Source of the DNA: Eledone cirrhosa
Lineage: Eukaryota
Assembly (NCBI GenBank): GCA_964016885.1
Contig: OZ024740.1
Span: forward strand, 313,286,001 to 313,350,000
Direction of reading: 5' to 3'
DNA length: 64,000 nt
The notes beneath the pieces are model-generated. The model was not told where the DNA came from and did no database searches. It saw nothing but the letters and a program-made list of their open reading frames with translations. Made by a program: the position numbers and the translations under genes. Positions 12,236 to 26,032 of this stretch are shown here, one piece after another (the stretch's first letter is position 1; the number at the start of each line of letters is the position of its first letter).

Positions 12236-15212
12236 ATGCCAAATATCAAAGGTTTTCTTATTAGTCTAATCTCAAACTATAGCAACCCACCCAACCCATC
12301 CCCTGCACATAATCATAGACTGGAATCAAGGTACAAATTGTTGTCCTTGAATGCACGTAGTCTATGCAATAAGATTCATCTTTTTGACTCCTACGTCAAA
12401 AGTATCAACCCTGACTTCATTACAGTCACGGAAACTTGGGTACATCCCTTACTCTGTGATGGGGTTTTCAGCATGACTGGCTACAACCTGTTTCGTAAAG
12501 ACCGCATTAATCGTGGTGGTGGTGGTGGTGTAATGGTCTACGTTCGGTCAAATCTGTCGGCAATTCCTTGTGCTGATTTGAACCAATCACAGCAGGAAGT
12601 TTTTTTCTGCGATATACGTATGACCATGTCAACACTGCTACTTGGAGTCGTTTACCGTCCCCCAAATTACCATCAAGACACTCAACTTTGTGATATCCTC
12701 AGAGCTGCTGCCAGGAAGACAGCCACTTATGTTTTCATTGCAGGAGACTTCAATCACCCTGAGATTGACTGGAAAACCTTTCGTTGGCCACCAAGTGCAA
12801 ATGACTTCCTTGAGCTAGTGCTGGACTCGAGTTGGTCCCAGCTGGTCACCTCCCCAACGAGAGGTGACAACACTTTGGACCTACTCTTCACCACTACTCC
12901 TGAAACGGTCATTAGTGTTACTGCTGAGGAACCTTTAGGTGACTCTGATCATGCTATGATCATTGCCAATCTATCCCTCATGGGCAGTAACAAGAACCAC
13001 AACCATCTCCAAATTGCTCACTTTGACTGGAATAAAGCAGACTGGAACTGTTACTGCACCGAGTTGCAACGGCCAAACTGGCTTGAGTTCTACGACTCTG
13101 GAGATGTCAACACTGTACTCCAGAACATCCTGAGCTCAATATGGACAGCATGTGCAGCATCAGTGTCACGTAAGCGGAAAAAACATCCCAAAAGCGCAAT
13201 TTGGGAGACTGCTGCAGTCCGTCTTGCCAGAAAAGAACGGCGCAATGCTGAACGTGAGTACAAACTTCACAAATCAGACATTAATAGGAAGAGGCGAAAT
13301 AGATCGTCCAACCACCTCAAACAGGTGACAAAAAAGGCAGTGCTTCAATTTGAGCAGCGCATAACAACCAGCCCTGACAGTAAGGTGTTCTGGAAGTATG
13401 TTCACTCAAAGCAGAGGCCTCACTCTCCAATCCCCACAATCCCCATACAAGCCAGGTTACTGACGACCCCAAGGAATGCGCAGAGCTCATTGCTGAATGC
13501 TATGCAGGCATTTTCACTATTGAAGACCAGAGTGTACCATCTCCACCACCTATGACACTGGACTCTATTACAACCATGGAATTTCGACCTGCAATGCTGC
13601 GACGTCACCTAAAAAATAAACACAACCATGCCTCTCCTGGTCTTGATGGTGTTACGTACCTGCTTCTTAAACGTGGTGGGTACTTCCTTCTGCACCAGTT
13701 ATCACGCTTCTTCCAATTCTGACTGAACAACAGTACTACTCCAGAACAGTGAAAAACTGCCAGTGTCATTCCTCTGTTCAAAAAGGGTGACCGCACGTCA
13801 CCTGTGAACTATCGTCCAGTCAGTCTTACTAGTTGCATCGCCAAACTGATGGAATCCTGTGTCAGAGAAACACTTTGGAACTTCTGGAGCTCTCACAGTC
13901 TTATCCAGCCCTCGCAATTTGGATTTATCCCCAACTCCAGCTGCTGTGATCAACTTATAGAGTTTCTTGAGGACATCACCCAGATCACTGATGGCAGCTC
14001 ATGGGTGGATGTTGTTTACCTTCACTTTGCGAAAACCTTCAATTCTGTGCCACACAAAAGGCTTATGGCAAAACTCTCTGCAATGGGTGTGAAGGATGAT
14101 CTTTTTAACTGGTTGAAGTCCTTCATTCTCAGTCGAAGAGAGGTAGTCACGGTTCTGGGACAGCATTCCTCACCATATGAGATGTCATCTGGTGTACTAC
14201 AGGGATCTGTTCTTGGCCCCCTTTTGTTTGTGGCATATATTAATGACATAGATGCCAACTTAAAGAATGCCACACTACTAAAGTACGCAGACGACATCAA
14301 GCTGTACCTTGAGATAAAAAGGACAGATCCTGAACACTATAGATCTTGCTTGCAGTCTGACCTGGACACAATGCAACAATGGATCTCAGACTGGCAACTC
14401 AAGCTAGCTGTGGACAAGTGCACCACCATTCATTTTGGGAGTAAAAACCCAGTGTCCACATACTCCCTCCACAGCACTAATATCAAGAAGTCTTCTTGTG
14501 AACGTGACCTGGGCATTACGGTCAGCAGCGATTTGCGTTGGACGAGGCACGTCTCTAAAATTGTCAAGAGGGCCGAGGGTGTCTTAGCATCACTCAGCAA
14601 GACCTTTGTCAGCCGCTCTCCAGATATCTATTTAAGGCTGTACATGGCTATGGTGCGACCACACTTAGAATTTGCATCACCAGTCTGGAACCCCTATCTT
14701 GCTCAGAACATTGACCGCCTGGAAACTGTTCAGAGACGTGCAACCAAGCGAATACCCTCCATCAGGCATCTACCATACTCTGAACGCCTTGCTTCCCTGG
14801 GCATGGATACATTGAAGCTCCGACGCCTGGCAACTGACTTGGTAAACACCCACAAAATTGTTAACCATGTTGCCAACAACAACCCTGAGTACCTTTTTGA
14901 TTTCCATGTGTCTAACACACGTGGACATGCCCACAAAGTAAGAAAACAGCACAGTTCCCATGACTTTTGGAAACATTTTTTCACGCTCAGAGTTGCTGAA
15001 GCTTGGAACAAACTACCTGCATCAGTTGTTAGCTGTCGAGACACTGCATCCTTTAAGGCCTCCATGCTTCCCGAGATCCGCCAACACTACAGCTAACACA
15101 TACACACATGTACTTCCCTGACATTTGTGTATTATTCTATGTACTATACATACACCTTTGACGAGTTGTAGTGCACCTGAGCACTTTACACAATAATTTC
15201 ATTATTATTATT
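12236..15212 (+). mobile_element. CR1/L2-group LINE, near-complete ORF2 (APE endonuclease + reverse transcriptase), inactivated
   Basis: EN motifs LNARS, VTETW, GDFNHP, LDLLF, SDHAMI; RT motifs NYRPVSLTS, QGSVLGPLLF, YADDIK, RPHLEFASPVW; frameshift near 13440 and stops near 13720-13752; (ATT)n tail at ~15200. Confidence 0.95.
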
Positions 15213-15409
15213 ATATAAAGGTTTGTGTGTAGTCTGTGTGCAGTTGTATGGTGAGGGAGTATGTTTGTGTGTAGTCTATGTACTGTTGTGGTGTGAGTAA
15301 GTGGGTTTGTGTGTATGTGTGGTTGTGGTGCAAACAAATGTGATGGTTGGATGCATGCATGCTTAAGTGCAAATGTATGCAAAAATGAGAGAAATTGATG
15401 TGCAAATTT

Positions 15410-16035
15410 AAAACTCTTCAGGACAATGGTTCAAAGTGAAAATAGCAATTTTTGCTTGGTCCAGAAACACGTGTTCAGCACTCCGTTGAGACAAGGCCAG
15501 AAGCAGAAAGGTGTTGGGTGGAATGATTGGGAGAACAGAAGTGACGGGAACTAAATAGAGGTGTTGTTGCCAAGTGATATGTCCCTTAGATGCTCGGCAA
15601 ATCAATCTTCCAGATGGCAACCTTTTTGTCCGATGTAGGTGAACCTGCAGAGTGAAGACCGAAGGGCATAGATGACTTGGTGCAGGTACCAAGAAGAGAG
15701 TGATGGAAGTGAAAGTAATGATGTTTTAGACTGGTGATGAGGATGTTGATAAGGAATGGACAAGTATGGCAGCAGGAACAAGAGCAGAGAAGAGAGCCAG
15801 GTGGAGTCCTAGGTGGGGAGGAGGGGGATGTGTATGCTTAAAGGCAGAGATGGGTAAGGTTGGAAAGAAACATGAAGTGACAGAATCACAGAGGAGGGTT
15901 TGGAAGCTTTGTAGGATGTGGTGCTACATGAGGGGAAGGGATGGTGGGTGAGAGTGCTGAGGTGTGGTCAACTTTATGGACATGATTGGATCATGATTGT
16001 ACTGCCTGTGCTTAAGAAGCTGTAGGAATGCACCT
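15410..16035 (-). mobile_element. Penelope-like element remnant: Cys linker + GIY-YIG endonuclease
   Basis: The minus-strand frame (absent from the ORF track because of stops) reads PGSLLCSCSCCHTCPFL ... VIYALRSSLCRFTYIGQKGCHLED*FAEHLRDI ... SRHFCSPNHS, the PLE GIY-YIG signature. Confidence 0.85.
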
Positions 16036-16649
16036 GTGCTGTGAAAAATAAAGAATCATTAATTTTACAAAATCATAGATATGAAACTAACATTAAATTA
16101 ATGTTGGTCTTAAGGGTTAAATTGTTCTTTTTTTTTTATCACATATGGATAACTAAAAGGGGTGGCATCAAGAAGGGCACCCAGCCAAAGAAATTGCCTC
16201 TAAAAGGAACCCATGATGATAATAAGCCCTCTGTGGAACCCCTGATTCAGCAGGGAAAATGGTCTTATAACATTTGTATATGTTTTAGATACTTTCATCG
16301 ATATGTTGTTTCCTGATGTGAGGGGCTTGCCCACCTTTACTCTATATGTAGGGGATTTCAAATCAGCCCTAACTGACTTGATTGGTCCTTTATGTTATAG
16401 ACCACAATTGTAAAGGACTACAACTATATACTACAAGCATTTTGATTGATGCTCTTATGATTTTTGCAATTTCACCACCATATACATGTTATAGGAAAAT
16501 GAGATCTGTGTATATATCTTCTTTAAAGGCATTAACATAATATAAGATCTGTAGGCAGGAATTCTACCTGAATCTCAGTGTTAGACTTGATTCGATGAAA
16601 TCTTAATACCTGCTAGGTTGCTTTATGTATATGCATGTTTACACATATT

Positions 16650-17510
16650 TTTGGAGGAAGGGGAAAACCGATTATACCAACCCCAGTACTTGACAGGTAT
16701 TTTATTTTATCAACCTCGAAAGAATTAAAGACGAAGTCGACCCCCAACGAGATTTGAACTCATAATGTAGAAACTCGTAGCTAAATACTGCATATAATCC
16801 AACGTTCTACCGATGCTGTCAACCACCGCCCTGGCATATTTTTGTAATAATAAGACAGGTGTGGCATGTGATCTATGATGCATCGTCTAGCTAGCTGTAC
16901 GTAATTGTTACATTACAGGTAGACAACAGTACGAAAGAGACAAAAGCAGACCAAGAAGATTAAGAGCTGGTTTTAATTTAAGTTAGAGAAAATACATCTC
17001 ATTGTTCTGTCTATCCTACTTGTTATGCCAGATTTAATTTTCGGTTAAATGGTTAATGTTTATACTATTCTATTATATATACCATAGGGTTGGCGGAGCG
17101 TCACAGATTGCCGCATATAGTTACGACTCTTTACGTTCTGAGTTTAAATACCGCCGAGGTTAGTTTTGCCTTTCATCCTTACAGGGTCGATAAAATAAAG
17201 CACCTGTAACGTACTGGGATCGATTTAATCGACTTTTCTCTACCCTAAAAATTGTTGACCTTGTGCCTAAAGCAGAAACCGTTATATAAGGGTGGTGGTT
17301 CGGTAGTATAGGCAGAGAGTCAGGCATGCTTTGCGGCATATAGTTACGGCCCTTTATATTATGAGTTTAAATCCTGCCAAGGTTAGCTTTACCTTTCATC
17401 CTTACGTGGTCGATAAAATAAAGCACCAGTAACATACTGAAGTCGATTTAATCTACACTTGCCCTTTCGTTTCAAATTGCTGGCCTTGTGCCAAAAATAG
17501 AAACAATTCT
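16650..17510. mobile_element. Three family-1 SINE copies (one minus ~16650-16830, two plus ~17085-17510)
   Basis: B boxes 'gagtttaaatacc' / 'gagtttaaatcc' and 'cctttcatccttac...gtcgataaaataaag' bodies. Confidence 0.8.
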
Positions 17511-18265
17511 ATACACCATAAATATACAATAGACATTATCTACCATTTTCGTTCAGACACACTTATATACACACGGGATGCGGATATTTTACAGCATATC
17601 CTACTTGCTAGAAATAGCAGTCAAATCTTCCTCATATTGCACCCTATCATTGAATAATGTAGTTCTTGTTTCAAGGAAAAAGATAGAATGGTCACAGCTT
17701 TCACTTTAGTTCTGCTCAATCAATAGTCGGAATGAAGGGCTTTATATTCGGGATATGCGAGATGAGCCCCGCAGGCCCATAAAAAATGGCAAATTTTCTT
17801 TATGAAAAGTATATTCCTGTAGTATCATAATAATCTAGTATGTAATTTGTTTTCCTATCTAATATACAGAAAAATGAAAATAAATATTATGTCAGTTTGA
17901 AATCGTATTGTGTATAGAAATCGATGTGTATGTTTACTTTTGAGTATTACATACATCGTAAAAGTTACAACTGGAATTGTAGGTTCAGCACGAGAAAAGA
18001 GCTGGTCACGATAACCTCAATAGGGTCACACACAGACACACATACTTACAAGCATATACACTAGCACACACACACACACACACCTATACATACATACGCC
18101 CCCCCCCCCCACACACACACACGCAAGCACCCATACACATGTGATACACCTGAAAGTGCGTGGGTCCTAGAAAAAAGATTTAAATCAAATCTCCCGCTCC
18201 ATTTCATACTTCAAATAACCGTACATGAACAGGTAGGTCCAGACATTAACTACACAGATACACAC

Positions 18266-18611
18266 ACTCTTGGGTCTCGAATAACGGAGAACATCTCCCC
18301 TGCGCTTATTAAATTTTGCTAACCTATCACCGGCGAAATTTTATTTTAAGTGGTAGCATTCCTGCGACAATTTTCTTTAAACAATAAAAAAAACATTATA
18401 CATGACGAAAAAGTACATTACTAGGAATCTTATACGTTATAAAATAAATAGGATAGATTGGGGTCTCAATATGTAAACTAAACGACTAATTCTGTTGTTT
18501 TTTTTAAATCGATGATGACAACCAAGAAAAATTACCGCCCCCCACGAGTTTATTTCAACCCCAACCCTGCATATACCAACGCCACCCTCTATTATTTAGG
18601 ACCCGGGAGTA
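18266..18611. mobile_element. MITE with ~24-bp imperfect TIRs
   Basis: Left 'actcttgggtctcgaataacggag'; reverse complement of right 'tactcccgggtcctaaataatagag'; second partial copy at ~3800. Confidence 0.6.
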
Positions 18612-20391
18612 CAGGCAGAAGTTCATTCAGTGTAACAAAAGGTAGCACGTATTTGTGATGACAGCTGATTGAACCCGATAACAATGTATACAATTCACAG
18701 ACAAGCTGACCTCACAATGTTACATAATATATATTGAACGCAATATATTCATATATTGATTTTATTTTTTCGTTCATGTGAATATGTATGTGTGTATATG
18801 TATGTGCGTGTGTGTATGAGTATATGTAAATGTATGTATGTGTATATATGTATGCGTGTGACTGTCTATGTGTACATATGTATGTGTGTGTTTGTGCATG
18901 TATATGGCACCTTTAAAGAATCGCATGGAGAAAAACTTAGCAGCGAAGGAATGAGTTATAAGCTTCTTCCGAATAAACTCTGCATATATTGAGTACTCTA
19001 TCGCTTGTTTGTAAACCCCGTCACAAATACACGCATACAAACATACATTAGTGACAGGAATATATATTTCATAGATATATTGAGAATAATTTCATGCAAA
19101 AAGTTCAGCAAATTTCAAATTTCAGAGGGAATATATATAAATAGTATACAAAAATCATGTGAAACATGGAAAAAAAAATCATGGAATCTACTCCCGACTC
19201 TCGAATAAGATACGATAAACACTTATTCCAACCTAGCTGAACGATTGACCTGCTGGAAATAGCAACGAAACAACCCTCAAAGCTCAACGTATCATGTAAA
19301 AAAAAAAACCTCGAACGAACACATTGAATATTGTAGTGGCAGTTAAAACAGTTGGAGGGTCATGACTGGAGTGCCTTTAATAATATGTTTGTTCAATTAG
19401 ATATGAGCTAAGGCTAAATAAACGACACTAAGAAAACAATAACAGTATATGATTACTATAAAGCTCTCTACCTGACAAAATAACCAAGTCTTCCTCAAAT
19501 CACAGCTTGGCGTATTGGGAGAGGAAAGTGACACATTGGATAATGTAGTCCTAGATACCCTTAAAATAGTATAAGTCAGGGCTGGAATAAAATATGCCTT
19601 TGATCATAAGTCTGCTCAATCAGGGTTGATGGGGGCTGAAAAACAACATCAATGCCAATAATATGTAAAAAAAAAAACCAAACCCCAAACCATCCACTCC
19701 ATTAATATTATCAACATAAATAATGTTCACTCAGTGACCCTAGGAGCAAACAAAGAAAACATCGACGTGATTTCTCGACCCCGGGGTCTGTCTTCAAAGA
19801 AGGAGGGGGTGGGGGCATTGGATGGCACTGCTCCCCTCTCTCTCCCTACTTTTCAATGGTGCACCCTCATATTTTATGTAATATATTTATATCGAAACTA
19901 TTATAGAATGATTGTGTATTAAAGTGTGTGTCCACCCAGAATGTTCTAAAGCCACCCCTCCTCTCATTCTCCGTGTCTGTCTCGACCTAACCCGCTATAA
20001 ATAGCAAGCAAATCTCCCTCAAAACACAGATCGCTTTCACAGAAAACAACTCCTTGGATGGATATTGAGGACTTGGATTACCTGCATATAGACAAAAGAC
20101 GAGATAGTTACGGTAGGAATGCCTTTCACAATAGCTTTGTTATACAAAGGCTTACTTTCGCTAAAATAATCGAGTGACCTACCAAATCACCAACGACAAA
20201 TTTGAAAAATAAAATGTCAACAGGTGAACGACTGGAAAGTTCTGAAAACTTTTGTGAAAAACGTTAAGTATTCGTACAATGAAATAAGAGGATAAACCAA
20301 TTGTGTAATTGATTAAAATATGAGAGAAACTACGATTATATCAATATGAATACCTTTCTTTAACACACACAGATGCCGTTACACACATAAA

Positions 20392-20420
20392 ATATATATA
20401 TATGTGCGTGTATATATATT

Positions 20421-20462
<42 letters not shown>

Positions 20463-20789
20463 CTATATATATATATATGTGTATATATATATATGTGTGT
20501 GTATATATATATATGTGTGTGTATATATATATGTGTGTGTATATATATATGTGTGTGTATATATATATATATATGTGTGTGTATATATATGTGTGTGTAT
20601 ATATATATATATATGTGTGTATATATATATATAAGTGTATATATATATATATATAAGTGTATATATATATATATATAAGTGTATATATATATATATATAA
20701 GTGTATATATATATATATATAAGTGTATATATATATATATATAAGTGTATATATATATATATATAAGTGTATATATATATATATAAGTG

Positions 20790-20835
<46 letters not shown>

Positions 20836-20900
20836 TGTGTGTACATAAATATATATATACATATATAAACACACACACACACACATATATATTATATATC

Positions 20901-20933
<33 letters not shown>

Positions 20934-20935
20934 CC
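20392..20935. repeat. (TA)n/(TG)n compound repeat with a ~22-bp higher-order unit aagtg(ta)n
   Basis: Directly visible. Confidence 0.97.
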
Positions 20936-22837
20936 ACTTTATCAATTAATTACGGAATATTATTTCAATCACTATATATGTATAATGTATGTGTGTCTGT
21001 GTGGAAGCACATTTATTGCGTATACAAGCGTGCATACATACATCGTTAATTTAATTACATATAAATGTGTGCATTTAAACAGAAACAACGTGCTTTTACA
21101 AATATATATATATTTATGTATTTGTGTGTACGCGCGCGTGACTATGTATATACCCAAGTATAAAGTTAAAAATACGTAACCAAAGATAATACGGTGTTGA
21201 CGTCTTACCTGAAGGGAAGAGAGACCGAAGTATTACATATACACACACACTTAGGTATATACAATAGATACGTATATATAAGTATGCACATACAGACACA
21301 CACTATATATATATATGTAATATATATATATGTGTGTCAAGTAAGAATAACTACCCCCTCACTAAGAGATGTCTGTCAGTGGCTGCTGATGTTAATGACA
21401 AGACTTGACTTTAAGTGATTATCTTGAATGAGTCTCCAGACAAAGATGCGGAAAGAGTTAGTAATAAAAGCGAGAGAGAGATAAATAGAGACATAGAAGT
21501 AGAAGGTTTGAATCAGAGAGAAATAGAGAGTGAGAATTAGAGAGGTATATAGGTAGATGGCTCGAGAAAGAAAAGGTAAAGGTGTGAGGAAGAATGAGAA
21601 TAAGAAGTAGTTATTTTCACTGCGTATTGGTTTGTGAGTACGGTATGTTTGTTTAATTTGTCTTTAGCTATATGTATTTGCATGCGTGTGATAATATAAA
21701 TGTATGTCTGTAAATATCTAGATGTATGAGTGTATGTGGCTTTTGTATACGATGGATCAGAGTATGCTGGCACACTCCATATATATATATATATGATAGT
21801 TTGAGTTGATGTTATTACGTGTATGTGTGTATATATGTCTATCAGTATGTTTATGTGTGAACGGGCATTTGCATGAAATAAAACGGCACCGCACCAGGGA
21901 AAATGGCATAGAATGAAATCTCACAGGTCACGATTGTAAACTGACAGGAAATTGGTGGACATTATAGTGAAATATATGGTAATTAGCGCCAAACTTGGCA
22001 CACACTCATACATACACACAGAACTATAGATAATTACGTATACAACCAACAACATGCTTCCATTCATAAGGATATACTATCACGCGCCTATACATACACA
22101 TTCGTCTTTTCCTCGTCTCTCATGTCTAAAGAGAAATGCTTTAAGTAAAACTTAGGTTATGAGTATGAAAGAATAGACACAGTAAAAGACAAACGGCGAG
22201 TGAGAGATAAGAAAAAAAAGCGCCGAACCGAAAAGAGAAGACTCTATGTGGTCATTTGACTTGTTAGAAACAACAGCCAGTTCTCCTTCAAATTAGACAC
22301 TGTCTTAAAAGGAGATGACACATTAAATAATATAGTCTTTGACAGCCGTCAACAAAAACAAGAAAATAATAATAATTGGATGGGATAGGCTCTGCTGAAA
22401 GGATTTTTATTGTCAGTCTGTTCGACCGCAGCTGACCTGAGTTTAAACAACAATAAAACGAGAGTCGTAGGAAAGTAGAGATTTGTAAAAGAAAACACAA
22501 AAAGTTATATAATTCGATAAAAAAGAGGATAAGTTCTTGTGTTGTCAGGAGCTGACAGTAAAGGGAGCTATACACATATATATAATGTGCTAATATTGAA
22601 GTTGAAACGAGTGTAGTCACATTAATAAAATGATTTGAAGTACCTCATTAGTTGTCAATTATTTTACAACTTCTTTTTGTAAAATATAGTTGACATAATA
22701 TGTTTATGTACAATTGATTAAATATAAAAATTCGTATTTCAAATAAATAAATAAATATATATGTGTGTGTGTGTATATCAATATCCATAGATATAAAAAG
22801 GAAAACAGTGCTTAAACGGGATGAGAGCAGAAATATA

Positions 22838-22970
22838 TTATTTATTTACGTCCATACCCAAGGTTTCAAGGTCCAAATTTGACCATACCTTTTGTTTTCT
22901 GGGGGTATGGTCAAATTTGAACCTTGAAACCTTGGGTAGCGCTTTTGTTCCGTATATGGACGTAAATAAT
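22838..22970. mobile_element. Small palindromic (fold-back) element
   Basis: 'ttatttacgtccatacccaaggtttcaaggtccaaatttgaccatacc' ... 'ggtatggtcaaatttgaaccttgaaaccttgggta...tatggacgtaaataa'; a related copy lies at ~31645-31748. Confidence 0.75.
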
Positions 22971-23449
22971 ATAATATAATAATAATATATATATATTATA
23001 TATATATGTGTGTGTAGGAAGAAAGAGAGAAAGTAAACGGAAGAAGACAGGAAAGAAGAGAAAAAGAAAGCTATGCAGTGAAAATTACGCAAGTTGAGAG
23101 AAAGAGATAATTGTGTGACAAGAGTGAAAGAAAGAGAGCCGGGTGTAAAAATATTTCCACTCACTGTACAATATCCTCTTATGTATACACATACGTGAGT
23201 TAATATTTCTATAGTAATGTCCAAGAAAGCAGGTTTATTGACCGTAGTGATAGATGTGTAGCGGGTGGAGGTGAAAGAATAATTCTTCCGTATGAATGGG
23301 AGGAGTGGTTAACGAAGAGGGAGGGGGAGGGGTCATAGATAGGGAGAGGTGTTTGGTTTCATCGTGTGGTAGGGGGGTAGCATCAGCATGGAGACAGTTG
23401 TTTAACCCCCACGTCAGCCCTGATTGAGTAGGTGTATGATCAAAGCCTC

Positions 23450-23767
23450 ATTCCTTCACAGGCTGACTATGAAGGAATGAGGCTAGAGCTGTGAAATCTC
23501 GCATGCATTAATTTCAACTCTTCTTATTGTTTCTTTCCATGGACTACATTGAAAAATAAACTTCATTTGGTCCTTCCATGAGAGTATCTTGGTCAGCCTA
23601 TGAAGGAGTGATGCTAGGGCTGTGAAATCTCTCATGCATTCATTTCAACTTTCCTTATTAATAACTGCATTTTTTCTTTCCAGGGACTATGTTGAAAAAT
23701 AAACCTCATTTGGTCATTCCATGAGAGTATCTTGGTCAGTTTACGAACTGTTCAGTCGACTCTCGTC
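23450..23767 (-). mobile_element. Mariner-end-derived element with ~135-145-bp internal tandem repeats
   Basis: Reverse complement of 58285-58780 ('ccaagatactctcatggaatgaccaaatgagg'); mariner-like TIR at 23737-23767. Confidence 0.7.
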
Positions 23768-24149
23768 TATCATCAAAGGCACTCCTGCCATCAATTATCT
23801 ATGTACAAGGAACATAGGACAGCATTATTCAATGTGTCCTTTTTTTCTCAAGAACATAGAGTGTAGTTTGAAGGATATTTAGCTGCTATTTTTAGCAGGT
23901 CAAATGAGAATTTTTTGCATACATCATTTAATACATCATCCTTTAACATATTTAAATTCATGCTATTAGCTCATCATCATCATCATCATTTAAGTTATTT
24001 TCCTTTGCTTATTTTACTTTTTAATGAGGTGAAAAAATACTATTGTATCATTGTCTTCATTATCATCATCAACAACTGCAGTTTAACATCAGTTTTTCTA
24101 TATTCTAAAAAGTCTAAAGTCTGTCTCAAATCCAGTGGCTCAACTAGTG

Positions 24150-24365
24150 ACTGACAGTACAAGACTCCTCCCCAGACAAGACGCCAGTCCATCACAGGAT
24201 TAAACCTTCAACTATTGTTGGTACTCATTTTCCGCTGAGTATACTGGAGCAACGTGAAATGAAATGTTTTGTTCAAGAACACTATACACAACCCAGTCCA
24301 GGAATCGAACCCACAATGTTATGCTTGTAAGTCCAATACCCTTACCATTAGGCCACACGCTTCCA
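24150..24365 (-). mobile_element. tRNA-derived SINE, family 2 (Meta/V-like domains)
   Basis: Reverse complement of 31240-31520: 'ggttcgattcc' B box, 'cttgaacaaaacatttcatttcacgttgctccag', 'cctgtgatggactggcgtc'. Confidence 0.8.
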
Positions 24366-24477
24366 CTTTTTCTTATTAGTATAGGCTAAATGGGGTAGTA
24401 TGTAATTATCAGGCAATCCTATGGAAGAGGGGAAAACATTTGTGTGATTGTGGGGCTATGGATGCTTGGAGAGTTAA

Positions 24478-24712
24478 ATAATAATAATTAAAATTATTGT
24501 GTACAGTGTTCAGGTGCACTACAACTCATCAAAGGTGTATGTATAGTACATAGAATAATGTATAAATATCAGGAAAGTGAACAGTGTTTGAGTCATAATA
24601 TATTCAGACACACACATACATACGTGCATGTGTCTGGAGAGGGAATATCAAGTATAGTGTTGGCAAATTTTGGGAAGGATGAAAGTTTTGAAGGATGCAG
24701 TGTTCCTAGGAC
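24478..24712 (-). mobile_element. CR1/L2 3' end fragment (same family as 12236-15212)
   Basis: 'caggtgcactacaactcatcaaaggtgtatgtatagtacatagaataat' is the reverse complement of 15130-15180; (ATT)n tail. Confidence 0.85.
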
Positions 24713-25855
24713 ATAAATCAATAAGAAGATTAACTGCTGCAGACAGTTTAAAATAATCTGTACTAGAATGAAATAAACCATACTAATATAAATATAAACT
24801 TTTGACTATATTGAAATTGTTCCAAATGTGATATTTGCCTATTGGCAAGTTCCCAACTGCAAATAACCCCACTTGCCACATCAATGCACTTTAATGCTCT
24901 GTTCATACTATTTTTTTTTTCATTTTACGCAAGCACAAGCAATCAAACAACTTGTGTTAGTATAGATGACAAATAAATAGACACACAAACAGACTGACCT
25001 AAATTCTATCTGCCTGTGTCAAATTTGGCATCTCTGGATTATATGGTTTACACTTGTATAATTGACCAATAAACACATCAAAATATGTTACAGATATGTG
25101 TGTGTGTATGTCCTTATATGGAATCAGGAATAATGTCAGCTGCTCCAGTGTTCAATGTTAGGAACTATATTCCCCTCCCTCCCTTCACCCCCATGTCCTA
25201 GCACACCTACCATTCAACACATAAGACCCCCACCCATCCTAGATCTACCTCTCCAATCTCTATACACCTCTCCCACCCAACCTTCTGTCCACACTGTATA
25301 GTGTTAGTTTTGGTACCATGACAAAAAACACCCAGTACATACTGTAAATGTAGTTGGTGTTAGGAAGGGCATCCAAGTGTAGAAACTAAGCCAAAATAAG
25401 TTCTGTATGAGAAAGACATGGTTACATGACCTGGCCTATCTCACATCAGGACAATTCGTCTAACTCATGCTAGTGTGGAAAATGGACGTTAAATGGTGGT
25501 GATGATATGTAATCATCATCATTTTGGATATATATATCCAAAATCCAGGGCCTTCTCACTTTTGTTGGAGAAACCCCTCCACTATTTCCTATCTCTGGCC
25601 ATATTGAGACATGTTGGGCTGAGGTATTGGGTCAGATCATTGTGCGATCTCACCTTTCACTGCCCTCTGGTTCTTCTCCACTACCTTGGTGTCCATATAT
25701 ATATATTTGGTCCAGAAATAGCCGTTGAAACAGCTTCAGCTCGGCCATCGGGGTTAAACATTTTCCTATATATATATATATGTATTTATATATATATATA
25801 TATATATATTTATTACTTCAAAATATTAATAAATATAGATATTCATGTGATCAAA

Positions 25856-25920
25856 TATATTTTATTATACATATTTCAGAGGTACTGAGCTATTTCAACA
25901 GTACGTCCTCATCAGATTAT
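25856..25920 (-). ncRNA. Second putative minimal hammerhead ribozyme, same family as 9532
   Basis: Minus strand: CTGATGA-GGACGTACTG ttgaaatagct CAGTACCTCT-GAAA-TATGTA-TA-ATAAAAT; flank 25822-25870 homologous to 9224-9275; stem I weaker. Confidence 0.5.
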
Positions 25921-25952
25921 ATGTATTTATATATATATATATATACATACAT

Positions 25953-26032
<80 letters not shown>

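Noticed and set aside
20341-21179. Many Y/I/H/T/V/C-rich ORFs (also at 9.6-10.1, 37.6-38.1 and 50.5-50.9 kb)
   Set aside because: Dinucleotide and tetranucleotide microsatellite artefacts.
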